The translations under genes and the position numbers were made by a program. Below are positions 19,511-27,716 of a DNA stretch of 64,000 bases, piece after piece. Each line of letters starts with the position of its first letter. Within the stretch, counting starts at the first letter, position 1. The stretch covers positions 10,360 to 74,359 of the forward strand of contig JAWOGY010000063.1 in NCBI GenBank assembly GCA_046496425.1. Direction: 5' to 3'. A model generated the notes under the pieces. It was not told where the DNA came from. It ran no database searches and saw nothing but the letters and a program-made list of their open reading frames with translations. This DNA comes from Vicinamibacterales bacterium. Its GTDB lineage: Bacteria > Acidobacteriota > Vicinamibacteria > Vicinamibacterales > JAKQTR01.

Positions 19511-20308
19511 CTATGCAGGCGCCGCCATCTGCTTCAACATCTGCTCGAAGGCGGCTTGATTCGGCCCGACGAACGGGTGCGCTCCGGGAGCTGTCGTCAG
19601 CGAACCCAGAAACCGCTCCATCAGATGGCCAGGGGCGGGCGGCAGGTGGTTGCTGAGGATCAGCCTGGGCGCGATCTTGCGGATGCCGTCCAGTTCGCGG
19701 GCGAACGCGTTCTGGTCCACCTTGTGGAGCCACGGCGAGTCGATCGTCGCCCAGACGATCTGCCCGTCCCGCAGATCGCTCTCGGAGAGATCGGCGGCAT
19801 TCTGCGGCACCGCCTGGAGCAGGGCCCCGAAGCAGTCCGAGCTGAAGAGCACTCCGGCCTTGCTGTCGTAGAAGCCGGTCGTGCACGGATTGTCGAAGAC
19901 CGGTGGCTTGACGGCAGTCAGTGTGCGGTTGCCCAGCGTGATCGTCTCGCCGGGGTTGACGAAGTGGACCCGGTCCATCGGCAGCGGGGCCGTCAGCCCC
20001 ATGATGCCCATGCCGAGGAACGTCGTGATCACCCGCAGGCGTGGGTTCTCCGCGAGCAGCGCATGCAAGCTGCCGATGTGGTCGAAGTCCGTGTGGCTGA
20101 GCCAGATCCATCTGAGGTCGGCTGGATCGATGACGGATCGAAGCGCCTGCATGAAGTCCGCGCTCTCGATGGTGGCGCCTGTTTCGACCAGGATGGGCTC
20201 CGAGCCCTTGATCACGAACGCGTTGATGGGCACGAATCCGTAGCCGGGGATGGGGAAGTTCGAGGTGAGGACTTCGATATCAGGTGCAGCGGTGTACGAA
20301 GCGAGCAT
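19511..20308 (-). CDS. MBL-fold metallo-hydrolase
   Basis: SHTDFDHIGS (HxHxDH-type metal motif). ORF 19511..20896 trimmed to the ATG at 20308 with a GGAGG RBS. Confidence 0.85.
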   Translation of the reverse strand: MLASYTAAPDIEVLTSNFPIPGYGFVPINAFVIKGSEPILVETGATIESADFMQALRSVIDPADLRWIWLSHTDFDHIGSLHALLAENPRLRVITTFLGMGIMGLTAPLPMDRVHFVNPGETITLGNRTLTAVKPPVFDNPCTTGFYDSKAGVLFSSDCFGALLQAVPQNAADLSESDLRDGQIVWATIDSPWLHKVDQNAFARELDGIRKIAPRLILSNHLPPAPGHLMERFLGSLTTAPGAHPFVGPNQAAFEQMLKQMAAPA

Positions 20309-20334
20309 GACGTCTACCTCCGGTCGTTTGTTCG

Positions 20335-20835
20335 CTAGGATTGTGTGTCGGCAGTCGGTCCGTAGATCCCGGGCACCGTGCCGCCCATCGCGCGCAGGTA
20401 GGTGCTCAGCTGCCCTCGGTGGTGGACGGAGTGCTTCAGGGCCATCGCCAGGAGGTTCACGCCGGACGTCGTCATCATGTCGAGCAGGTTCAAGGAGCTG
20501 GCGAGCTGGTCGCCCGACATGGCGCGGACGCGGTCGAGCGCCGGCGGGACGCTGCTCCGGTAGCGGGCGACGGCATCGGCCGGGTTCATGATGCCGCAGG
20601 CGTCGGAATCGTCGGGCGGAGGCGTGAAGGTCCCGTCCGCGATGCCGTTCAGCAGCCAGCTGTCTTCGAGCGCAATGTGCCGGACGAGTCCGAGGCCGGT
20701 CTTGGCCTTTGCGTCCGGCTGGTAGTCGAGGCGCCCGTGGGGTACGGCATCGAGGACGCGCAGGGTTGTCTGCATCTCGCGTTCGAAGTCCGCGACGAGG
20801 AAGTCTGCCACCGTCTTGGCTTCTGTGGAACCCAT
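20335..20835 (-). CDS. DinB/DinB_2 family metal-dependent four-helix protein
   Basis: LVRHIALEDSW.. and KHSVHHRGQLSTYLR (typical DinB C-terminal His motif). 166 aa. Confidence 0.85.
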   Translation of the reverse strand: MGSTEAKTVADFLVADFEREMQTTLRVLDAVPHGRLDYQPDAKAKTGLGLVRHIALEDSWLLNGIADGTFTPPPDDSDACGIMNPADAVARYRSSVPPALDRVRAMSGDQLASSLNLLDMMTTSGVNLLAMALKHSVHHRGQLSTYLRAMGGTVPGIYGPTADTQS

Positions 20836-21015
20836 CGGATACCCCTCTCTGGCGTCTGCCGGCCCAACCGGGATGATCGCGCCCAGCGCCGTTCACTTGT
20901 CACCAGGATGTGTCACAAGCGCGGCTTCCGTTACAGAGCACCGGTGGGCCCCGGTGCGGGAGGATCGCGGGATGTGTAACGAGCCACCGCGGCGTTGCAC
21001 ATATAATGCGGGGCG

Positions 21016-21561
21016 GTGACTGTCATCCTGAGCGATGCGGATGTGGTGCGCCGGATCGGCACCGGACACGATCGGGAGGCCGAGGGCGAACTCTTTCGCC
21101 GGATGGCGCCGCGCGTGCGGCTGTACGGTTTGCGTCACCTGCGGGACGGACATGCCGCGGATGACCTGACGCAACAGGTGCTGATTACGACGATCGAAGC
21201 GCTGCGGGCCGGCCGGCTGCGCGAACCGGAGAAGCTCGCCTCATTCGTGCTGGGGACGTGCCGGATGACGGTGCTCGATCTTCGCCGGGGCGCTCAACGC
21301 CGGGCGCGCCTGCTCGAGCAGTTTGGCGTGGATCTGCTCGCGCCGGCCGCGCCGGCCCTGCCCGAGCTCGACCACGAGCAGCTCACTCGCTGCCTGCAGG
21401 CACTCAAGGAGCGGGAACGATCGGTTGTCGTCATGACGTTCTACGACGAGCGGACCGGCGCGGACATCGCCGGGTTTCTCGGAGTATCTGATGCGAACGT
21501 GCGGGTGATTCGCCACCGGGCGATCCATCAGCTGCGCGCGTGCATGGAGTCTGGCACATGA
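21016..21561 (+). CDS. ECF-type sigma-70 family factor
   Basis: Region 2-like DDLTQQVLITTIEAL. Region 4 HTH TGADIAGFLGVSDANVRVIRHRAIHQLR. GTG start. Confidence 0.85.
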   Translation: MTVILSDADVVRRIGTGHDREAEGELFRRMAPRVRLYGLRHLRDGHAADDLTQQVLITTIEALRAGRLREPEKLASFVLGTCRMTVLDLRRGAQRRARLLEQFGVDLLAPAAPALPELDHEQLTRCLQALKERERSVVVMTFYDERTGADIAGFLGVSDANVRVIRHRAIHQLRACMESGT

Positions 21562-22139
21562 ACCTTTCGCATCCGATCGACACGGCCGTCCTCGCCGACT
21601 ACTGGCTGGGGGCGTTGTCAGGCCCTGACGAGGAGTCCGTCGAGGAGCATCTCCTGGCGTGCGACCAGTGCGGGGCGCGGCTCCGCGAGGTGATGGCGCT
21701 GGCCGAAGGGGTTCACCGTCTGGCGCGCGAGGGAGACCTGCGGATGGTGGTCAGCGACGCGTTCCTCCAGCGTGCGGCGGAGGACGGCTTGCGTGTTCGC
21801 GAATACGCCCCTCCACCAGGCGGCAGTGTCCACTGTACAGTGACCGAGGACGATGACCTGATAATCGGACGACTGGCTGCGAACCTGAGCGGGGCCAGCC
21901 GCGTCGATCTCTGCTGGTGCGACGAGCATGGCGTCGAACGGCTGCGACTGCCGGACATCCCGTTCCGCGCCGACGCGGCCAGCATTGTCCTGCAGGAACC
22001 GATCACGTTGATGAAGGCGTCGCCGACCGCGACGCAGATCGCGCGCGTGCTCGCGGTGGACGACGCCGGCACCGAGTGCCTGCTCGGGGAGTTCACCTTC
22101 CACCACACTCGCACGTTGCCTGGCCCGGGTGCGTGGTGA
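21558..22139 (+). CDS. anti-sigma factor (zf-HC2), apparently soluble
   Basis: ATG at 21558 overlaps the sigma stop (ATGA). EEHLLACDQCGARLREV is the zf-HC2 motif. No obvious TM segment. Confidence 0.7.
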   Translation: MNLSHPIDTAVLADYWLGALSGPDEESVEEHLLACDQCGARLREVMALAEGVHRLAREGDLRMVVSDAFLQRAAEDGLRVREYAPPPGGSVHCTVTEDDDLIIGRLAANLSGASRVDLCWCDEHGVERLRLPDIPFRADAASIVLQEPITLMKASPTATQIARVLAVDDAGTECLLGEFTFHHTRTLPGPGAW

Positions 22140-22149
22140 ACGGTGGACC

Positions 22150-22330
22150 TGGAAGACGAGCGGCCCGGCCGCCGGGAGAGAGCCGGGCGTCCCGGTTGAG
22201 CCTGTCGCTTTCCCATCAGTGTCGCGTGCGACGAAGGCAACCTGTCTGCCGTCGGGAGACCAGCACGGGAATCGGGTGTCGGTATCGCTGAAACGGGTGA
22301 GCTGCTTCGGATCCCGGCTGAACCGGTCAC
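22150..22330 (-). pseudogene. relic of a PD40/TolB-type beta-propeller repeat protein
   Basis: Minus-strand hand translation gives SRDPKQLTRFSDTDTRFPCWSPDGRQVAFVARDTDGK (classic WSPDG PD40 repeat). It has no proper start and is out of frame with the upstream MEERREAAAERV.. ORF. Confidence 0.3.
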
Positions 22331-22510
22331 GACCACGAGCAGGTCGTCGCTGGCGGCCAAGTCAGGGACATTGAGGTTCGCGAGCCGGTGCTCTTCTGCC
22401 AGCAGCGCCTGTTCCAGTGCCGTAACGACCCGCTCTGCGGCCGCCTCTCGCCGCTCTTCCAATCCCTGCGCCTCTGGAGCGCGCTGGTTTACTTCTGTTC
22501 GGCGAACACG

Positions 22511-22756
22511 TCAGCCACTTTCAGCGCGAGAGCGGCCGGGACGTAGAACGTCGCGCGATTGCCCGGCCCAGACCGGCAGCCGGTTTCGTACGATCCTCAC
22601 GCCGAACAGGACCGCGGCAAGCATCATCAGGAATCCGATGACCGCCGCGCCGGGCGCATCGTCGGCATTGGCGACGTAAATGCCCATCGCGGCAGTGGCT
22701 AGGCCGAGGGCGAGGAGGGCGAATGCCTTCACGCTTTTCGTCACAGAGGATGTCAT
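22511..22756 (-). CDS. small two-TM membrane protein
   Basis: 81-aa ORF with two hydrophobic helices (AFALLALGLATAAMGIYV; AVIGFLMMLAAVLFGV). Confidence 0.45.
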   Translation of the reverse strand: MTSSVTKSVKAFALLALGLATAAMGIYVANADDAPGAAVIGFLMMLAAVLFGVRIVRNRLPVWAGQSRDVLRPGRSRAESG

Positions 22757-23039
22757 GTGCTGACACTCCCAGATTCGTTTCCCGCGGCTGCCTGGACGAT
22801 GACGTCGGCGCCCGCTTTCAGCGAGGCGACGTGGGTCGCCTCGTAACCTTCAGGGCGATGAACTGGTTCTTGAAGGATGCGCGGCCCGAATGGCCAGAAC
22901 GGAAAGCGCCGACGGACTTCGCCGATCTCATGATGCACAAGGAATTCTTCGACAGCCTGCACACAGCATGGCAGTCGCGGGACGATGCGCCCACCCGCAG
23001 CGACCTCGACAAAGCCCTGATGGTCTTCGGGCAGCGGCT

Positions 23040-23335
23040 CCTGTTGTGACCTCTCCTCACCGGATCGAATGGGCAGGAAGATCCGGTGAAGCGCCCCACC
23101 GGCACGAAGAACCGACGGGCGTTGGTCATCGTGGGCAACGACACCGCGGCCAAGGCCGCGGTCGCATCGACGGGAGCGACATCCGGGAGTTCACGATTCG
23201 GTCGCTGCGCCGGCAAGACGACGTTCGTGATTGCCCATCAGTTCACGGCGATCGAGCATGCCGACCTCATCCTCGTCCTGGATCAGGGCCGCATGGTCGA
23301 GCGCGGCGGCTGGTTCGGCGACGGTCCTGCGGTCG
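23040..23335 (+). pseudogene. decayed ABC-exporter nucleotide-binding domain
   Basis: Fragments lie in different frames. RALVIVGNDTAAKAAV looks like a ruined Walker A. RIDGSDIREFTIRSLRRQ is the typical post-Walker A block. GKTTFVIAHQFTAIEHADLILVLDQGRMVERG is the typical H-loop/C-terminal block. The Q-loop, signature and Walker B are missing. Confidence 0.5.
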
Positions 23336-23433
23336 CGGAAACTGCCAAGTCTGGGCTTCGCGCGCACTGATGAACGCTGTCGGGTAGGGTTCGAATCCGG
23401 TGCGGGTGGTCTGCCTTCGCCTTGCCTTCGCAG
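23335..23433. repeat. dispersed repeat R, copy 1 (approx 99 nt)
   Basis: gcggaaactgccaagtc..gccttcgcag matches 35865-35963 with about 9 mismatches. Confidence 0.7.
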
Positions 23434-23495
23434 TGGCGAGCCCATGGTCGGTGCAAACGCGGCGCGCGCGCTGTCCCGTAGTACGCACCCACCGC

Positions 23496-23573
23496 CAGAA
23501 CCTGCGGCTGTGCAATCGGGAACACGCGAAGCGAGGCTGTCCAACCTACAGTGGAAGAGCGATGACACGGCCA
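23496..23573 (+). promoter_or_regulatory. copy B of the conserved element with an ECF-type promoter-like motif (GGAAC 23519-23523, N16, TCCAAC 23540-23545)
   Basis: Near-identical to 12328-12405. Lies 67-145 nt upstream of the BON gene start at 23640. Confidence 0.45.
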
Positions 23574-23639
23574 GTGGCCGTGTCGGCCATCCGTCTCGAC
23601 ACCGGCCGAACATCACGTCGCACCTCCAGAAAGATACAC

Positions 23640-24230
23640 ATGTCCAGTTCAATCGGTCTCTCCCGGACACTCGGACTCGCCCTCGTCGTCGCCGTAGGGT
23701 CGACAGCATTCGCGTTTGCCTCCTCGCAGGCGCCGAAGCCCCAGGCGCCGCCGGACAGCACAGTGAAGGATCGCATCGAGTACCGCCTCGAAACGAGCCC
23801 TGTCGTCGATCCGTACGACCTCAAGGTCAAAGTCGACGCCTCCTCCGTCTGGCTGACGGGCACCGTTGCGACCGCCGCCCAGAAGACGGAAGCCGGGCGG
23901 CTCGCGAAGGTCGACGGTGTCAGCAAGGTGGAGAACAACATCGATGTCGACAAAGATGTCGATCGGTCCCTGGCAGAACGGACCAAAGCCGGCATGACGA
24001 AGACCGGTGAGGTGATTACCGACGGGTGGATCACCACGAAGGTTCATTGGTTTTTCGTCGGCGAAGATCTGCTCAAGGGCAGCGACATCAACGTCAACAC
24101 GGACAATAACGTGGTGACGCTCAAGGGCACCGTCACGTCGGGTGCCGGCCGCGATCGGGCCGAGGCTATCGCCAAGCGGACCGCCGGCGTCCAGCGCGTC
24201 GTAAACCAGTTGACCATCATCGCGAACTAG
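23640..24230 (+). CDS. BON-domain protein (two BON repeats), secreted
   Basis: ORF 23400..24230 trimmed to the ATG at 23640. Signal-like LGLALVVAVGSTAFAFA. Repeats SSVWLTGTVATAAQKTEAGRLAKVDGVSKVENNIDV and NNVVTLKGTVTSGAGRDRAEAIAKRTAGVQRVVNQLTI. Confidence 0.85.
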   Translation: MSSSIGLSRTLGLALVVAVGSTAFAFASSQAPKPQAPPDSTVKDRIEYRLETSPVVDPYDLKVKVDASSVWLTGTVATAAQKTEAGRLAKVDGVSKVENNIDVDKDVDRSLAERTKAGMTKTGEVITDGWITTKVHWFFVGEDLLKGSDINVNTDNNVVTLKGTVTSGAGRDRAEAIAKRTAGVQRVVNQLTIIAN

Positions 24231-24242
24231 CAGCGCACGCAC

Positions 24243-24267
24243 GTGGCGGGCGTTACACGCCCGCCAC
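24243..24267 (+). terminator. GC-rich hairpin after the BON gene
   Basis: GTGGCGGGCG-TTACA-CGCCCGCCAC, a perfect 10-bp stem. No clear T-tract follows. Confidence 0.4.
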
Positions 24268-24332
24268 GCTCTCAGGAGGATCTCGAACTCAACCGCGGCA
24301 AGAATGCTTCGCGGGAGCGGAAGGGCGCAGTC
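24258..24332 (+). pseudogene. ghost of a rhomboid gene: leader fused directly to the last approx 28 nt of the coding sequence
   Basis: 24258-24304 matches the rhomboid leader 12405-12451 (cgcccgcc..ctcaaccgcggcaagaa). 24305-24332 matches the rhomboid 3' end 13079-13106 (tgcttcgcgggagcggaagggcgcagtcg). The intervening approx 630 nt of CDS are absent. Confidence 0.7.
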
Positions 24333-24429
24333 GGCGGCCGACTAAGGCGCCAGGCCGGCAGCAGTGTGAGGGGACCCACGGGAGATCGACGGACTTCACA
24401 GCCGTCTGGTGCCACGAACGTGGCGCACG

Positions 24430-25671
24430 CTAGTCGTGCACGACGATGGTCAGGAGAGAATGCTTAATCTTGAGGACGCCGTTGTATTCGATGAACCCGA
24501 GCTTCTTGAACTTGTTCATGAAGAAGTTCACGCGCGAGCGCGTCGTGCCGATCATCTCCGCGAGTGTCTCCTGGGAGATTTTGGGAACGATCGTCTCGGG
24601 CGTGCTTTCTGCTCCAAAGTGCGCAAGCAAGAGCAGCGTCCGCGCCAGTCGCTTCTCGCTGGAGCTAAACAGCTGGTCGACGAGTTCCGCTTCATATCGA
24701 ATGTTCCGCCCCAACAAATATGCCGTAAACAGGTCCGACAGGCGCTGTTCGTCGTGGAGCGTGACCAGCATCGCCTTTTTCTCGATCCGCATGAGCTCGC
24801 AATCAGTCATGGCGATTGCACTCCCTAAGCGTCGCGCCTGTCCCGTCAGGCACCCTTCTCCGCAGAACGTACCCGGCCCCAAGACTCCGAGCGTCGCACT
24901 CTTGCCGCCCTTCGAGACGACGGTGAGCCTGACATTGCCCTTCTGGACATAAAACACCGCGTCTGCCGCCTCGCCCTGCGCGTAAATGTACTGTTTCTGT
25001 GAAATCCGTACAATTGTTCGGCCCTCACCGATGACGGCAAGGAACTTCTTCGGGTCGAACTCCTGTTGCTTGCCGGCTGCACGGCGTACCACGCTTCGTA
25101 GCGCGTCCGGCATGGCTCCAGGCGGCAGCACGAAATCAATACCTCCGGACGCCTGAGCACTGAGCGGCATGCCGTCGACTTCGGCCGAGAAGTCCTGAGC
25201 AAAGGTCGCTCCTCCGTTTGCCTGGATATGCTGGCAGCCCTTCGTACCATCGTCGCCGTACCCAGAGAAGATGATGCCGATCGCGCGCGCCCCCCAAGCT
25301 TCTGCCAGAGACATGAACAAGAGATCGACCGGATGGTTCGCATTCGTGCGCCGGGAGGCGGCTGTGAAGGCATAGCCCTTAACTTGAAGGGCCGCGTTTG
25401 GAGGCATCACATAAACGTGATTCGCCTGGATCGGCATCCCCTTGGCCGCCTGCCTGACCGGCATTTTCGTGCGACGCGAGAGGACCTCCGCGAGCAGGCT
25501 GTCCGCGACAGGCTGAATCTGAGACGCGATGATAAACGCCATTCCCGTGTCAGACGGAAGGGCATCCACGAGCGCTTTATAGGCGCTGAGAGCTCCCGCT
25601 GATCCACCCACGCCGACGATGAACTGAGGATGCGGTTGACTCATGAGACGATCTGAAACTCTCCAAGCCAC
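24430..25671 (-). CDS. fusion protein: CheB-like methylesterase-fold domain (no receiver domain) plus cNMP-binding domain plus Crp-type HTH
   Basis: N-terminus FIVGVGGSAGALSAY..AFIIASQIQPVADSLL..IIFSGYGDDGTKG aligns with the CheB catalytic domain blocks. C-terminus FCGEGCL (cNMP pocket) and ETLAEMIGTTRSRVNFFMNKFKKLGFI (Crp HTH). The start is uncertain (GTG 25671 or ATG 25644). Lies 20 nt downstream of the kaiC-like stop. Confidence 0.85.
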   Translation of the reverse strand: MAWRVSDRLMSQPHPQFIVGVGGSAGALSAYKALVDALPSDTGMAFIIASQIQPVADSLLAEVLSRRTKMPVRQAAKGMPIQANHVYVMPPNAALQVKGYAFTAASRRTNANHPVDLLFMSLAEAWGARAIGIIFSGYGDDGTKGCQHIQANGGATFAQDFSAEVDGMPLSAQASGGIDFVLPPGAMPDALRSVVRRAAGKQQEFDPKKFLAVIGEGRTIVRISQKQYIYAQGEAADAVFYVQKGNVRLTVVSKGGKSATLGVLGPGTFCGEGCLTGQARRLGSAIAMTDCELMRIEKKAMLVTLHDEQRLSDLFTAYLLGRNIRYEAELVDQLFSSSEKRLARTLLLLAHFGAESTPETIVPKISQETLAEMIGTTRSRVNFFMNKFKKLGFIEYNGVLKIKHSLLTIVVHD

Positions 25672-25690
25672 ATCAAGTCAGCGAACCTGT

Positions 25691-27205
25691 TTATCCCTGA
25701 CTCACGGTAGCGGCTTTACCCACTTTCATTTTCTGCTTGGCACTCGCTGTCGCGTCCGTGTCCATGGGCACCAAGTGAATGCCGTCATCATTCAGGATCA
25801 ATTTGTGGACGTCGCTCGAGTGCCCCATGCCGCGAGACTTGACAATGTACAGGCCCCGAACGCGCCGCTTGCCCTCGTTTTCTTCCAGTTCTCGCACGAC
25901 GATCCACGTGTCGATGAGGGACGAGACGCCGATTTCGCCGCTCGTATCATTTTGAGCGGTTGAAGACACCAGACTCGTGAAGAAGCCGGTGATGCCCTTG
26001 GATTTCAGGAGATCAATCATGCGGGTCAGCATGGATTGCAACTCCAGCTGGTTCCCTTGTCCGATGAGACTGGTCAGCGGATCGATGACCACCGCATGGG
26101 GTTTGAATTCGGCGATGGTCTTGTAGACCTCGAGCAAATGCATCTCTAAACCGAAAAAGGACGGTCTCGTCGACACGATCTTCAAGAGTCGCTTCTTGAT
26201 CAGGGGCTCAAAGTGTATGCCGATGGAACTCATGTTTTGCACGAGTTGCCCTGACGATTCTTCGTACGACAAGAACAGGCACCGCTCTCCACGTTTACAG
26301 CGTTCGATCGCGAAGGCAGCCGCGAGGCTTGTTTTTCCCGTGCCCGCCGTCCCTGAGACCAGTACCGTACTGCCTCGTGTGTAGCCGGCCCCCTTGAACA
26401 TCGTATCGAGCGACGGAATTCCTGTCGACACTCGCTTGGCGGTGCCTGGCTGGTCGAGTCCTGCAGAGGTGATCGGAATGACCGAGAGCCCCTCCTTGTC
26501 GATGACGAAGGGATATTCGTTGGTGCCGTGCTTTGAACCACGATACTTAATTACCCGAATGCGGCGCGTGGCGATCTGTTCTCTGACGCGGTTGTCCAGG
26601 AGGATGATGCAATCGGAAATGTACTCCTCCAGGCCATGACGAGTATACGAGCCATCGCCCAGCTCGCCGGTGATGATGGCGGTGACGTGTTTGTCCTTCA
26701 GCCATCGGAAGAGTCGCTTGATCTCTAAACGAAGAATGCCGGCATCCGTAATACCCGCAAAGAGCGATTCAATCGAGTCGAGAACCACGCGCTTGGCGCC
26801 AATCGAATCGATCGCATGTTCCAAGCGAATGAAGAGCCCTTCCAGGTTGAAATCGCCTTTCTCTTGAATATCTTTGCGTTCCAGACGCACATGCTCAAGG
26901 GCAATCTGCTTGCGCGACACCAGCCCTTGTAAGTCCAGATTGAGAGACGCGACGTCTTTATACAGCTCATCTTCTGTCTCTTCGAAAGACATGAAGATGC
27001 CTCGCTCGTTGTAATGGATCGCGCCGTTGATCAGGAAATCAAGGCCCAGCAGGGTTTTGCCGGTGCCGGTGCTGCCGCTAAACAGACTGATTCTATTCTT
27101 CGGAAGGCCGCCTTCGGTGATTTCGTCAAAGCCTTTGATGCCGGTGGGGCACTTCTCTAATGGCCGGCGATTAGGACTCTTTCGTCTCTTCAGAGTATTG
27201 GGCAT
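25691..27205 (-). CDS. kaiC: KaiC-like double RecA-fold ATPase
   Basis: Two Walker A motifs GSTGTGKT and GTAGTGKT. TGIKGFDEITEGGLP and TGIPSLDTMFKGAGY loops. Walker B blocks VVLDSIESL and VVIDPLTSL. IGVSSLIDTWIVV aligns with the KaiC phosphosite segment. Start trimmed to the ATG at 27205. Confidence 0.9.
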   Translation of the reverse strand: MPNTLKRRKSPNRRPLEKCPTGIKGFDEITEGGLPKNRISLFSGSTGTGKTLLGLDFLINGAIHYNERGIFMSFEETEDELYKDVASLNLDLQGLVSRKQIALEHVRLERKDIQEKGDFNLEGLFIRLEHAIDSIGAKRVVLDSIESLFAGITDAGILRLEIKRLFRWLKDKHVTAIITGELGDGSYTRHGLEEYISDCIILLDNRVREQIATRRIRVIKYRGSKHGTNEYPFVIDKEGLSVIPITSAGLDQPGTAKRVSTGIPSLDTMFKGAGYTRGSTVLVSGTAGTGKTSLAAAFAIERCKRGERCLFLSYEESSGQLVQNMSSIGIHFEPLIKKRLLKIVSTRPSFFGLEMHLLEVYKTIAEFKPHAVVIDPLTSLIGQGNQLELQSMLTRMIDLLKSKGITGFFTSLVSSTAQNDTSGEIGVSSLIDTWIVVRELEENEGKRRVRGLYIVKSRGMGHSSDVHKLILNDDGIHLVPMDTDATASAKQKMKVGKAATVSQG

Positions 27206-27529
27206 ACAAGATCCTTCGCTCGGTGTGGTGCGCGAGCCTCCGAATCGGATTTCGCGCACTGCGACACGTGAACGATAGACGTGTGAGACAGAACGACCCA
27301 AGAACGGCAGACGGAAGGCTCAGCTCCGTCCATCGGCGTGCCAACTTGACAGCGCGAGGATACTCGCACCCATACAGGGTCGACTGTCTCATAATGCACA
27401 CTTCGGATTGAGGGCGCCGGAGCGACCAGCGGCCGCCGGCCTAAGCGGCTCGTTAGGCTGGCATTGCTTACTTGGGCCGGCTCTAAAGAAGCTTCGCTTA
27501 CCTACGTGGTGACCTGATGCGTTCTTCGG

Positions 27530-27700
27530 GCTCATGCGTCCCGACGCCTGGACGGCATCGCGACGCTCCTTCCGAATCCCGACCTGTTCCTGTATAGCTA
27601 CGTCCGGAAAGAGGCCGTGGTGTCGGTCGCGCACGGGAGCGGCGAGTTCGACGGGCTGGAGCTGAGGGCGGTCATCCGATCGATGCCGACGACGCGGCTT
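27530..27700 (+). pseudogene. relic of a Fic-family protein N-terminal (Fic_N) region
   Basis: Hand translation gives RRLDGIATLLPNPDLFLYSYVRKEAVVSVAHGSGE. This resembles the Fic_N consensus (L.G....LPNP.L.....RKEA..SS.IEG) but is degenerate and truncated. Confidence 0.3.
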
Positions 27701-27716
27701 GACTCGCTCCCGTTCG

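Noticed and set aside
22858-23049. 63-aa plus-strand ORF (MNWFLKDARPEWPERK..).
   Set aside because: Coding-like GC3 but no RBS or motif, and it is embedded in the pseudogene zone. Too weak to list as a feature.
23381-23405. tRNA-like T-arm box (gggttcgaatcc) inside repeat R1, and its variant in R2 (gggtttgagtcc).
   Set aside because: The flanking bases do not form a T stem on either strand. I could find no acceptor or anticodon arms. It is treated only as part of repeat R.
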